From a virus: a stretch of DNA of 64,000 nt. A model generated the notes under the pieces. It was not told the DNA's origin. It searched no databases and saw only the letters and a program-made list of their open reading frames with translations. The first letter of the stretch is position 1, and each line of letters starts with the position of its first letter. Shown one piece after another: positions 9,556-18,648 of the stretch. The translations under genes and the position numbers were made by a program. The stretch lies in UHGV virus genome UHGV-0132465; one strand, written 5' to 3'.

Positions 9556-10739
9556 TGTCAAGAAATGTATTCGAAAGTGGTCAAATCACTGTCCGCGAGT
9601 TGCCAGCTATTATTCAATTTGCCCAGCGTCATAACCGATCTGTCCTGATTTTAGGACCGATGGGTGTGGGAAAGAGCCAGGTGATGAAGCAGATTGCTGA
9701 TAATATGTTCGGTGAGCGAGATGACAACCTGGTTGACGTGCGGCTGTCAGATAAAGATCCTGCTGACTTATCCGGACTGCCTATCCCTGTAGAGTCAGAT
9801 GGAACTACACGTACAGTGTTTGCAATTCCAGAATTTTGGCCTGCAGATCCGAACTGGAGCGGAATTATCTTTCTGGATGAGCTTACTCATGCAGATAACT
9901 ACCTGCAGAAGGTTGCAATGCAAATTATGCTCGACAACAAGTGCGGCACCTATGCATTTCCTAAGGGCTCTGTTTTTGTAGCTGCAGGTAACCGTGCTAC
10001 AGATGGTGCTGTTCTTTCAGCGCTCGAAGCCCCTCTGGCTAACCGCTTTATCATTGTAGAAGTTACAAGCAGTGCAGAGGTATTTATTGAGGACTACGCA
10101 TTCCTTAATGGTGTACACTCCTCTGTAATTGGATATCTGAAAAGAGTTCCATCAGCTATCGATAATTATGAGGCTATGGCTGAGATTAATTGTCCATCTT
10201 TTGCCACACCGCGATCTTGGGTTGCTGCATCTGACATCTTGCACGATTTTGACAGCGGTATTATTTCTGACGCTATGGCTCGTGTTCTTCTGCAAGGTGC
10301 TATTGGTCACACTGCAGCGGTGGAAATCTGGACCTACCACACTAAGAAACGAAACTTGCCAGAAATCGGTCGGATTATGGCAGGGGGTTGCAAAGAATAT
10401 GTAGGTCCTAAGCAGCCAGATATCTTGTGGATTCTTGGGTCTGAAGGTTGTATTGCTATTCGGAATATGATGGAAAATGCAAGTGTCTCGGACGAAGACC
10501 TTGTTAGCTGCGTGGCAAACTTCCTCGATTTCCTTTGGGAAAATTTCAAAGATGAAAACCGAGACTTTGTATTCTCAGTCTTTATGGCGATGATGAAACC
10601 AAACGCTCTAGGAAATGCCTTGCTTATTGGTAAAGGCAGGGACAAGATCGTTGCTCAGCTGATCAAAGCATACCCAAACCTGATGAAGATTGTAAAAGAG
10701 TTTGGTGAAGAGTTTAGCGCCATTTTAGCTAAAGCTTGA
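9555..10739 (+). CDS. MoxR-type AAA+ ATPase (AAA_5-like)
   Basis: Walker A LILGPMGVGKSQ, Walker B IIFLDELTHAD, size and layout typical of MoxR/CoxD ATPases. Confidence 0.65.
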   Translation: MSRNVFESGQITVRELPAIIQFAQRHNRSVLILGPMGVGKSQVMKQIADNMFGERDDNLVDVRLSDKDPADLSGLPIPVESDGTTRTVFAIPEFWPADPNWSGIIFLDELTHADNYLQKVAMQIMLDNKCGTYAFPKGSVFVAAGNRATDGAVLSALEAPLANRFIIVEVTSSAEVFIEDYAFLNGVHSSVIGYLKRVPSAIDNYEAMAEINCPSFATPRSWVAASDILHDFDSGIISDAMARVLLQGAIGHTAAVEIWTYHTKKRNLPEIGRIMAGGCKEYVGPKQPDILWILGSEGCIAIRNMMENASVSDEDLVSCVANFLDFLWENFKDENRDFVFSVFMAMMKPNALGNALLIGKGRDKIVAQLIKAYPNLMKIVKEFGEEFSAILAKA

Positions 10740-10748
10740 GGAGGTTGT

Positions 10749-11129
10749 ATGGCTAAAGCAGGTAAGAGGGGAAACTACCTGGTGATATTGACCGAGGAGC
10801 CGGAGAAGGAGTACGAATGCAGCTCCACTTGCGTGATCGATATCCGAGAAAAAGATGTAGATGAAATCTGGTTTAAAATATTGGACGCTTGCGACAGCAG
10901 TGACTATTTCTTCATCTATGTCAACGATAAAGCGGGGTTCTTCCATGACGATGGTGAGTTACCGTATGAAATCTATGAACTTGTAGAGGCTTGCCATCGT
11001 GGAGATGCGGAGTTGTTTGGTCTACGGCTGAAAAGCGGTAAATTCTTCTATCAAGATGAATGCATGAATCTTCACAACTTCGTAGAGGGGACTTGCAACG
11101 ATGGAGAGATTTTGGCACACTACGATTAA
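10749..11129 (+). CDS. hypothetical protein (126 aa)
   Basis: ORF with GAGGAGG RBS. Confidence 0.5.
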   Translation: MAKAGKRGNYLVILTEEPEKEYECSSTCVIDIREKDVDEIWFKILDACDSSDYFFIYVNDKAGFFHDDGELPYEIYELVEACHRGDAELFGLRLKSGKFFYQDECMNLHNFVEGTCNDGEILAHYD

Positions 11130-11178
11130 TTTCTAAGACACACCCCGCTTCGGCGGGGATTTTCTATTTGGAGTTATT

Positions 11179-11679
11179 GTGAAAATTAAGATCTTTGCTA
11201 TTATTTTGAGCGCATTTTTATCGCTGCCTGTTGTTGCAGCACCAAAACAAAAAGTGTATCACACCTGCAAGCCGTCTGATACTAAGGAAAACATTCTGGC
11301 ATGCAATATCTACAGGGAGGCTAGAGGGGATGGCACGATGGGTATGCTGGCATCTGGGTTTGCCACACTAAACAGGAAATCTCACCCCAAATACCCAGAC
11401 ACTATAAGAAAGATTGTCTACCAACCTAACCAGTTTTCGTGGACAAACCACGGCAAAACTTTTAAGGTGACAGAAAAAGATTCATGGGATCACGCTAAAA
11501 GTCTTGCAAAGATGCTTCTAAAGGTCTATAATAACAACCATGTTGCATACATGGCTATGGATATAACAGGTGGAGCAACACACTACCATACAACAAAAGT
11601 ACGACCGAAATGGGCAAAAAAGATGCAGAGGACAGCTCAATTCGGGAGTCATATCTACTACAAGGAGCGCAATAAATGA
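11179..11679 (+). CDS. secreted SleB/CwlJ-family cell-wall hydrolase-like protein
   Basis: N-terminal signal peptide MKIKIFAIILSAFLSLPVVAA; NIYREARGD ... NR ... QPNQFSW ... HYH pattern characteristic of Hydrolase_2; GTG start with GGAG RBS. Confidence 0.7.
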   Translation: MKIKIFAIILSAFLSLPVVAAPKQKVYHTCKPSDTKENILACNIYREARGDGTMGMLASGFATLNRKSHPKYPDTIRKIVYQPNQFSWTNHGKTFKVTEKDSWDHAKSLAKMLLKVYNNNHVAYMAMDITGGATHYHTTKVRPKWAKKMQRTAQFGSHIYYKERNK

Positions 11680-13658
11680 TTGTAAACAGCAATGAAACTA
11701 AAGCGGTGCTAACTGGGAATATGGAGGTAACCAGGGGATCAATTTCTCTGAACAAAGAGACTTTTGGGCTAATCATCAAAGGGATTTATGAAGATAAGGT
11801 ACTGGCAAGCTGCCGTGAACCGATCTTCAATGCTGTGGACTCCCATGTTGAGTCTGGACGGGGTGATGTTCCGATCATCATTCACTCCCCTACAGACCTT
11901 GAACCATACTTCTTTGTGCAGGACGTTGGATTAGGCATGTCAGAAGAGATGGTCCGCAACACCTTCATGAACCTCGGAGAGTCAACCAAGCGCAACAGCA
12001 ACGCTCTGGTAGGCAATAAAGGTGTTGGTTCAAAGGCCCCGTTCAGTATGGTGGACACTTTCGATGTAATCAGTGTGCACAACGGTGTGGAAAGCACATA
12101 CCTATTGTTCTTGGACCAGGGTATCCCAAATGTCACCAAGATCCGTGAGCGGAAGACTGAAGAGCACAATGGGGTAAAAGTTCAGTTTCATGTTAAGAAA
12201 GAGCATGTTCTGAAATATCGCACCGCTATTGCATCATGCCTGCGCTATGCAAAATTTCCGTTCACTGTCACCGATCCGATGACGAGCAAGATGCTGGAGG
12301 GGGACAAAGTAGAGGCGCAGTATTATTATGAAAAAGATGGTTGGAAGATGACCATCCTGAAGGGCTACACCAGCTCTGACGAGAGTCGTGTGGTAATGGG
12401 TCACCAACCTTATCGTTCTAAGTTCCTGGAGACACTAACAGATTATCCTGCAATTTGTGTAGAGATCCCTATCGGAGATTGCAATATTAACCCAGGGCGT
12501 GAATGGACCATAGAAGGTCACGACGATGGTGGATTCCAAGAGCGTTTGGAAGCTTTTGTCAAAGAAGGCATTCGCCTTCGTGGAGCAGAAGTTGTTGCAG
12601 AATTGGAGACAGCAAAAACATCCTCAGAAGCACGCGAGATGATGAAGAACAGCGGAGTGTTCGGGCACATCTTCGGTAAGAATTTTATGTATGACCGCTG
12701 GGAAGAAACAGGGCTAGGGAATTTGGGAGACTGCGAGATCTTCGCAGGTGGCTTAAACAAAGGCCGCATAGGCTACTCTTGTTACGGAAAGGTAGAATTC
12801 CTACGGGGAATCTATTTAGTATTTAACGACGGAGACGGAAAATACAACCGGAATAAATGTAACTACTTAAGCGAGATTACCGGACGCAACGTTTTCTATT
12901 GCCGTAACACGGATCTGGTGAAAGAGTTTAAAGAGGCGGCACACCATCCGTTTTTTGCAGATACGGTCAAATTGTTATCGGAGCTTCCACGCCGACCTAC
13001 GAAGAAAGGTGAAACCAAAACCCGTTATGAGCCCGGTTATTGGGTTAAAAAACTTGAGAAGGATGGTTACTTCCGCCGTGAGCGTATTACTAAGGCAGAG
13101 TTCAGGAAGATTAAGCACTGCATTCCTTATGAGGGAGATATTCAACGTGGAAGTTGTTGGCTGGGACAAATGAGTAACATCTACCAGCAAGATTATGACC
13201 GTGTTCGTGCGGCACTCCAGATTCCTGAAGGGGAAGACCTATACCTAGTATCGGAATCTCGCCTGCTTTGGACTGATCCTGATTGCCAGTATGTTACAGA
13301 GAAAAATGTGGAACATTTGTTGAAAGAGGATGCTTGGAAATTCTTACTAACTCGCGCAGCAAATGAAACTTCATATGACAGCCTGTACAGACAGTTAGGT
13401 AAAATTATCCCCATGCAGGATTTTGGAAATTATCGGCCACATTTCCACAAGTGGGAAGGTAGCACCACGTGGAAGTACGGTGAGCTAAATCATCGTGCCA
13501 AAATCTTAATCGCCAACCGGGTTAAGTGCGGGAAGGCCTATATTGCAAGATTGGAAAAGAAATATCCACTTTTGAAGCATGTAGGCTTGAAATATTGGGA
13601 CACTCCTGCTATGATTGAATACCGTGAACTGATTGATACAAAGAATAACATCAAATAA
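11676..13658 (+). CDS. rIIA: rIIA-like protein with N-terminal GHKL ATPase domain
   Basis: GHKL boxes NAVDS, DVGLGMS, GNKGVGSKAPF...DTFDVIS resembling T4 rIIA; immediately upstream of an rIIB homologue. Confidence 0.7.
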   Translation: MIVNSNETKAVLTGNMEVTRGSISLNKETFGLIIKGIYEDKVLASCREPIFNAVDSHVESGRGDVPIIIHSPTDLEPYFFVQDVGLGMSEEMVRNTFMNLGESTKRNSNALVGNKGVGSKAPFSMVDTFDVISVHNGVESTYLLFLDQGIPNVTKIRERKTEEHNGVKVQFHVKKEHVLKYRTAIASCLRYAKFPFTVTDPMTSKMLEGDKVEAQYYYEKDGWKMTILKGYTSSDESRVVMGHQPYRSKFLETLTDYPAICVEIPIGDCNINPGREWTIEGHDDGGFQERLEAFVKEGIRLRGAEVVAELETAKTSSEAREMMKNSGVFGHIFGKNFMYDRWEETGLGNLGDCEIFAGGLNKGRIGYSCYGKVEFLRGIYLVFNDGDGKYNRNKCNYLSEITGRNVFYCRNTDLVKEFKEAAHHPFFADTVKLLSELPRRPTKKGETKTRYEPGYWVKKLEKDGYFRRERITKAEFRKIKHCIPYEGDIQRGSCWLGQMSNIYQQDYDRVRAALQIPEGEDLYLVSESRLLWTDPDCQYVTEKNVEHLLKEDAWKFLLTRAANETSYDSLYRQLGKIIPMQDFGNYRPHFHKWEGSTTWKYGELNHRAKILIANRVKCGKAYIARLEKKYPLLKHVGLKYWDTPAMIEYRELIDTKNNIK

Positions 13659-13668
13659 GGAGACCAAG

Positions 13669-14874
13669 ATGATTTTCATCTACGAACATTTCAAAACTCG
13701 TAAAGAAGCACGTGACCGCCGTGCAGAGCTTGAGAAGAAGGGTTTCACATGCGCTATTGAGAAAGGTAACACAACCTGGACACTGGCAGTGGGTGCCCCA
13801 GAGTTGTTCGATCCTGACCGTGACAGCGTCTGCTACACCCGTGAGGATTTTGAAACCCGTGAAGAGGCCCGTTTATTTCGATATGGGCTGGAAGATAACG
13901 GTAAGTACGCCATGATCTTAGACTTAGGAGAAGGTTCCGTTAAACGTTGGAGCGTGGTATATCCACTGTGTGTTGTTCACGGTGTAGGGTTCACCGGGGT
14001 AGCAATCAAATCAGAAGAGCCTTCGGTAGAAGTCAAAGATCCGGTGCTGGAGGTGGTGAGTAGTGTGTCTCAACAACAGACCCGAAGCATCGAGCCTTTG
14101 GTGGTTATTTGCGGGGAACTCCTCCAGATCACCTGCAACGAAGGTATTTTTGAAATTCGCCGCAGTGAAAGTGAGGAAGTTTACCAGAAAGTCTTCGACC
14201 ATATCTCTGTTCAGGAATATGACGAGGCAATTGGTGAAATCCTTGTCTGGTTGGAACGCAAGAATGAGTTCACTACACTTGCAGACAACCTAATCATGAA
14301 AGATGGTAAGCTCTACTACTACGGTGTAGAGATGCGATCCACCATTGCAAAGAAAATTGAGAAAGATTATGCAGACGGAACACTGGATGACCGCTATGTG
14401 AAATTCCTCGTTCGCCTGCTACGCAATCCTTCTGCAAAATCTGTAAACATGCTCTACGATTTTATGCAGGCAAACGACATTCAGATTGCAGAAGATGGTC
14501 GAATCATTTGCTACAAAGGGGTTCAGTTTAACGGCGACAAGTGGGTGGATTGGCACAGTGGTAAAGTCCCACAATACCAGGGAGCTTTTGTATCCATGCC
14601 TCGTAACTTTGTAGAGGATGATCCGGAAGCTGCATGCTCTTATGGTCTGCACTGTGCCAGCAAAGAGTATGCAAAGAGCTACGGCACTGTGATGACGGTT
14701 ATGGTTGACCCTGCCGATGTAGTCAGTGTACCTTACCAACACAACAGCGCTAAGTGCCGTGCATGCCGCTACGAAATCGTAGTAGCTCCAGAATCGCGCA
14801 AAGATGGAGACCCAATCGAGTACGTGGTTGACCGCGACGGTAACACTATCGACATTATCTACGAGGAGGCGTAA
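13669..14874 (+). CDS. rIIB: rIIB-like protein
   Basis: C-terminal half aligns by eye with T4 rIIB (NPSAKSV..LYDF..ANDI.I.EDG, MPR..VEDDPEAACSYGLHCASKEY, VDPADVVSVP...AKCRACRYEIV); start set at RBS-preceded ATG. Confidence 0.8.
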   Translation: MIFIYEHFKTRKEARDRRAELEKKGFTCAIEKGNTTWTLAVGAPELFDPDRDSVCYTREDFETREEARLFRYGLEDNGKYAMILDLGEGSVKRWSVVYPLCVVHGVGFTGVAIKSEEPSVEVKDPVLEVVSSVSQQQTRSIEPLVVICGELLQITCNEGIFEIRRSESEEVYQKVFDHISVQEYDEAIGEILVWLERKNEFTTLADNLIMKDGKLYYYGVEMRSTIAKKIEKDYADGTLDDRYVKFLVRLLRNPSAKSVNMLYDFMQANDIQIAEDGRIICYKGVQFNGDKWVDWHSGKVPQYQGAFVSMPRNFVEDDPEAACSYGLHCASKEYAKSYGTVMTVMVDPADVVSVPYQHNSAKCRACRYEIVVAPESRKDGDPIEYVVDRDGNTIDIIYEEA

Positions 14875-16244
14875 TGGAAAAAGGGCAGTACGATGTAGGC
14901 ACAGATGCTGCCCTTGTTGCAATCATGAGTGGTGAGAATGTCTTCGTAAGCGGACCTGGTGGGACCGGGAAGACATATCTTATCAACATGATCCAGTCCA
15001 TGTATGGAGACTCTTGCATAACGGTTGCCCCGACAGGGGTAGCCGCTTTAAACGTTAATGGAGCAACAGCTCACCGAACTTTCGATCTTGCCGCAGGTGT
15101 GAGCATGGAGTCAGACTGGACAGCGATAAGGGCAAAAACAGCAAAGCCTCTGAAAAGCAAGGCATTTACCATTCTAATTATCGATGAAATCTCTATGATC
15201 CGTGCTGACAAGTTCATAGAGATGGATAGAAAACTCCGCTTTCTTCGGAAAAATGACAAACCTTTCGGAGGCATTCAGGTGCTATTGTTTGGAGATTTCT
15301 ACCAAGCACCTCCAGTTGTCTCTTCCATGGAGAAGGAAGCCTACTTCAACTTCTACCACACAGACCTGTGTTGCTATACAGAATCCTGGGAGGATCTTAA
15401 TCTTCACAACATAGCCTTAGTAGACCAGTTCCGTCAGGAATCTGTTCGCTTCGCCACAATGTTGAACTGTGTTCGTGAAGGCCGTCGCATAAAAGAGGTT
15501 GTGGCAGAGCTTAACACCCGTTGCTATCATGGTGGTGTCCCAACAGATGCCTTGACCATCTGTGCCACCAATAAGCAAGCAGAGGAGGTGAACAGACGTT
15601 TCTATGATGCCATCAAGGCCCCAGAGAGGACCTACATTGGTAAAATGAAAGGTAAGTTCCCTTCCACACTGCCTGTGGAGCAGGAAATGAGGCTGAAGAT
15701 AGGTATGAAGGTTATGATAACCTCAAACGATGTTGACCCTACTCATAAAGTTCCGTATTATGTCAACGGGACACGTGCCACAGTGGTAAAATTCAAGACC
15801 AAATCCGTGGTAGTTGAGCTAGAAGACGGAACACAGGTTGAAATTGAGCCGAGATTGTGGGAGAATAACGAGTACAAACCTTCCCAGAGGTACAATATTG
15901 CCGAAAGGAAGATGGAGAAGTTTATAGAGAGGGTTGTGATCGGATCTTATGAGCAACTTCCTTTGAAATCTGGGTACGCAGTAACATCGCATAAAAGTCA
16001 AGGACTTACGTTAGATTGTTACAACCTAGACCTCGGAAAGAACGGAGCTTTCTCTCCCGGAATGACGTATGTTGCCTTGAGTCGGGTTAAGACGATACAA
16101 GGAATAAACTTGTTGCGTCCATTAAGAGAGGTGGATATTATTGTTGACCCGAGAGTCGTAGAGTTTTATAATACAACTTTCCCTGGCTTAGACGAGAAAG
16201 TCAGGAAAGATTTTGAAACTAGAGCAGAAAAGGGGGACGTATGA
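14874..16244 (+). CDS. dda: Dda/RecD/Pif1-like SF1 DNA helicase
   Basis: Walker A SGPGGTGKTY, APTGVAA, Walker B IIDEISMI, VTSHKSQGLTLD and YVALSRVKT motifs. Confidence 0.85.
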   Translation: MEKGQYDVGTDAALVAIMSGENVFVSGPGGTGKTYLINMIQSMYGDSCITVAPTGVAALNVNGATAHRTFDLAAGVSMESDWTAIRAKTAKPLKSKAFTILIIDEISMIRADKFIEMDRKLRFLRKNDKPFGGIQVLLFGDFYQAPPVVSSMEKEAYFNFYHTDLCCYTESWEDLNLHNIALVDQFRQESVRFATMLNCVREGRRIKEVVAELNTRCYHGGVPTDALTICATNKQAEEVNRRFYDAIKAPERTYIGKMKGKFPSTLPVEQEMRLKIGMKVMITSNDVDPTHKVPYYVNGTRATVVKFKTKSVVVELEDGTQVEIEPRLWENNEYKPSQRYNIAERKMEKFIERVVIGSYEQLPLKSGYAVTSHKSQGLTLDCYNLDLGKNGAFSPGMTYVALSRVKTIQGINLLRPLREVDIIVDPRVVEFYNTTFPGLDEKVRKDFETRAEKGDV

Positions 16245-16579
16245 GTTTGTGGAGAAATATAGTTAACTACGTGTGCGGTAATCCAAATCCTGAAGAGAAG
16301 GATGTTGTGATTCACGATTTTACTAAAAGATCTCGTGAAAAAGACCTCCTGCTAACAAAGGTGATCGATAAAGACCCTATAGGGGACTGGGCAGGGTTTG
16401 CGTTTACATCTGACAAATACACCTTTAACAAAGGTGACTACCTTGTTGTGGATTTTAACGAAGACATCGAGGGTGCTGAACCTTACTATCAGACCCTTAT
16501 CGTTGCAGAGTGTGTTGAGCTCTCTGCAAACATGCATAGTTTGATTCTTTTTGAGCTTGACTCTGAAGACCTTGAGTAG
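16241..16579 (+). CDS. hypothetical protein (112 aa)
   Basis: ORF overlapping upstream stop. Confidence 0.5.
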   Translation: MSLWRNIVNYVCGNPNPEEKDVVIHDFTKRSREKDLLLTKVIDKDPIGDWAGFAFTSDKYTFNKGDYLVVDFNEDIEGAEPYYQTLIVAECVELSANMHSLILFELDSEDLE

Positions 16580-16639
16580 TAAGATGTGAGTCTAAAGGGG
16601 AGGAGTTCCTCCCCACAAAAACTAAGGAAGCACTAAACG

Positions 16640-16942
16640 ATGAAACGTTATAAACCATACACTTTTGAAATCGATTTCGAACTTGACGATATGCTTACTG
16701 TGGAGGCTCAGGCAGTTGTCCAGTTGCCAGACCCGGAGTGCCGTGATTCTGATGTTGATTATTACGGATTTAGACAAATTACCGATGTGCATGTTTACCA
16801 CAACGGTGAAGAGGTGGACTTCCACCAACTGCCAAACGATATGCGCCACTCGATTTACAAACGGGCAGCACGTGAACTAGAGTCCTATCTGGATGCAGCA
16901 ACAACAGCGGCTGCATTTGCTGAAGAGACAGGAGGTTTCTAA
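16640..16942 (+). CDS. hypothetical protein (100 aa)
   Basis: ORF with AAGGAAG RBS. Confidence 0.5.
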   Translation: MKRYKPYTFEIDFELDDMLTVEAQAVVQLPDPECRDSDVDYYGFRQITDVHVYHNGEEVDFHQLPNDMRHSIYKRAARELESYLDAATTAAAFAEETGGF

Positions 16943-17337
16943 TGATTACAGATGTGAAGATTATCCAATACCACCTAACCAAATTAGAAGATGCTGAAAA
17001 AGAGCTTTCAGAAGTTCTGAACAGTGGGTATACTTTACTGACATGCTCCTGTTCAGACACATACATTGTGTGGACACTTGCTAAGAAGGAAGAACCAGCC
17101 GGAATCTTGGTGCCAAACCCTAAGATTATTAGTGAGGTGGACTACTACTCTCAAGATGGCCTGCCAGAAGGCTGGGAAGCATGGGAAGGTGGTGAAAACC
17201 CTGCACCAGGTAAGTGGGTAAAATACAAACTACGTAGCGGTGCACAGTATGCTGACTACTCTGATGACCTAGACTGGAGTCACTCTTCACCAGGATCATC
17301 TGCAAGTGCATATGATATTGTTGCTTTTCAGGAATAA
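16942..17337 (+). CDS. hypothetical protein (131 aa)
   Basis: ORF in co-oriented compact block. Confidence 0.5.
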   Translation: MITDVKIIQYHLTKLEDAEKELSEVLNSGYTLLTCSCSDTYIVWTLAKKEEPAGILVPNPKIISEVDYYSQDGLPEGWEAWEGGENPAPGKWVKYKLRSGAQYADYSDDLDWSHSSPGSSASAYDIVAFQE

Positions 17338-17349
17338 GGAGAGAGTGTT

Positions 17350-17832
17350 ATGTCAGATTTTATGTGGAAGGTAGGTTATGCCTCTCCTGAAATGTGTGAG
17401 GCTTGCTTTGTGAAAATAGGCCGCGAGGATATTGACAAAGTGATCCTTAAGTTTCGTGATGTGTCTGTAATCGGCAACCGAGTTCTTAAGCACTTAAAGA
17501 ATCTGAAGCTCACCAAGAAGAAGTTCTTCGGACTTTTCGAAGAGAAAGTTGATGCTTGGACCCATTGCATTCAGGAAGCTAAATCTCACTACAGTGCTAT
17601 CGTTACTCCGGAACGGGTAGCCAAGATGGAAGGATTCATCAACAGCACGGAGTTTGAGTGCCTAAAGGCTGCCCTTGATAGCTATCCAAAGTGCCTCAAA
17701 CACCTTGACAAGTATGTAGAAAAGGATGGTGAAATGTATCTCACCCTAGACGCATACTATGAGATGCAAGAAATTTTAAATTTAGATTTGACATTGGTAT
17801 CTACCGAGTATACAATAGGTATCCGGGTTTAA
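17350..17832 (+). CDS. hypothetical protein (160 aa)
   Basis: ORF with AGGAGAGAG RBS. Confidence 0.5.
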   Translation: MSDFMWKVGYASPEMCEACFVKIGREDIDKVILKFRDVSVIGNRVLKHLKNLKLTKKKFFGLFEEKVDAWTHCIQEAKSHYSAIVTPERVAKMEGFINSTEFECLKAALDSYPKCLKHLDKYVEKDGEMYLTLDAYYEMQEILNLDLTLVSTEYTIGIRV

Positions 17833-17838
17833 CACTAG

Positions 17839-17865
17839 GCCCTGCCCGAAAGGGTGGGGCTTTTT
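17839..17865 (+). terminator. intrinsic terminator (GCCCTGCCC-GAAA-GGGTGGGGC + T5)
   Basis: GC hairpin with GNRA loop followed by TTTTT; identical copy at 27998. Confidence 0.7.
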
Positions 17866-17883
17866 GCATTAGGAGACAGCAAA

Positions 17884-18648
17884 TTGAAATTTATCTACAA
17901 AGAACACTACCACAAAGGTGTTGTGTGGAGTCTATTTGACGGGTCTGGTGGTGCAGTTATTGACTGGGCAAAAGCTGGGTACCTGTGCCTGTGCTTTAAT
18001 GCAGAAGGTGCTGACCACGGTAGTTATGCAGAGGTGATAACCGATCATCCTAACATTCACTATGTGGATTATTGGATTGATCCATGGTTCCCTCAAGAAA
18101 CTTTTTGCATGTATCCAGCTCCAGACTTTATTCTTGCATTTCCTCCGTGCACGCATTTAGCAGTATCCGGAGCTGCACACTTTAAGAAAAAGCTGGCTAA
18201 GGATCCTCTGATCCAAATTAATGCTGTGAAAGATGCTCGGGTTGCAGAAGAGTTGGGAGAGATTTACGATTGCCCGTGGCATGTAGAGAACCCTGTAGGA
18301 GTTATGTCAACACTGTGGCGAAAACCTGATTACCGTTTTCATCCTTCGGATTATGGCGGGTATTTACCAGAGGATGATGTAAACCCATGGTTTCCTGAAT
18401 TTATAGCTCCACGTGATGCCTACCCAAAAATAACTTGCGGTTGGATAGGTAATGGATTTATAATCCCCGCCACAAAACCTGTCCCGCAAATAGTTGATGC
18501 GGTTAGCGGTTATTCCATGCAACACGCTAAGCTAGGTGGAAAGAGTGCAAGGACGAAGATGATTCGAAGCCTTACACCACGTGGCTGGGCAAGAGCTGTA
18601 TTCTTAGCAAACGAGCCTGCAGTAAGGAGAAGAATTAATGGGCAGTAA
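17884..18648 (+). CDS. C5-cytosine DNA methyltransferase-like protein (compact, no obvious target-recognition domain)
   Basis: LFDGSGG (motif I-like), FPPC (motif IV-like Pro-Cys), HVENPVG (motif VI-like ENV) in canonical order; start proposed at TTG 17884 after AGGAG RBS because the ORF-track GTG lies in the terminator stem. Confidence 0.5.
   Translation: MKFIYKEHYHKGVVWSLFDGSGGAVIDWAKAGYLCLCFNAEGADHGSYAEVITDHPNIHYVDYWIDPWFPQETFCMYPAPDFILAFPPCTHLAVSGAAHFKKKLAKDPLIQINAVKDARVAEELGEIYDCPWHVENPVGVMSTLWRKPDYRFHPSDYGGYLPEDDVNPWFPEFIAPRDAYPKITCGWIGNGFIIPATKPVPQIVDAVSGYSMQHAKLGGKSARTKMIRSLTPRGWARAVFLANEPAVRRRINGQ

Noticed and set aside
11676-13658. Possible type II topoisomerase ATPase subunit (GHKL)
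   Set aside because: No TOPRIM or catalytic-tyrosine partner; the GHKL boxes and the downstream rIIB homologue fit rIIA better.
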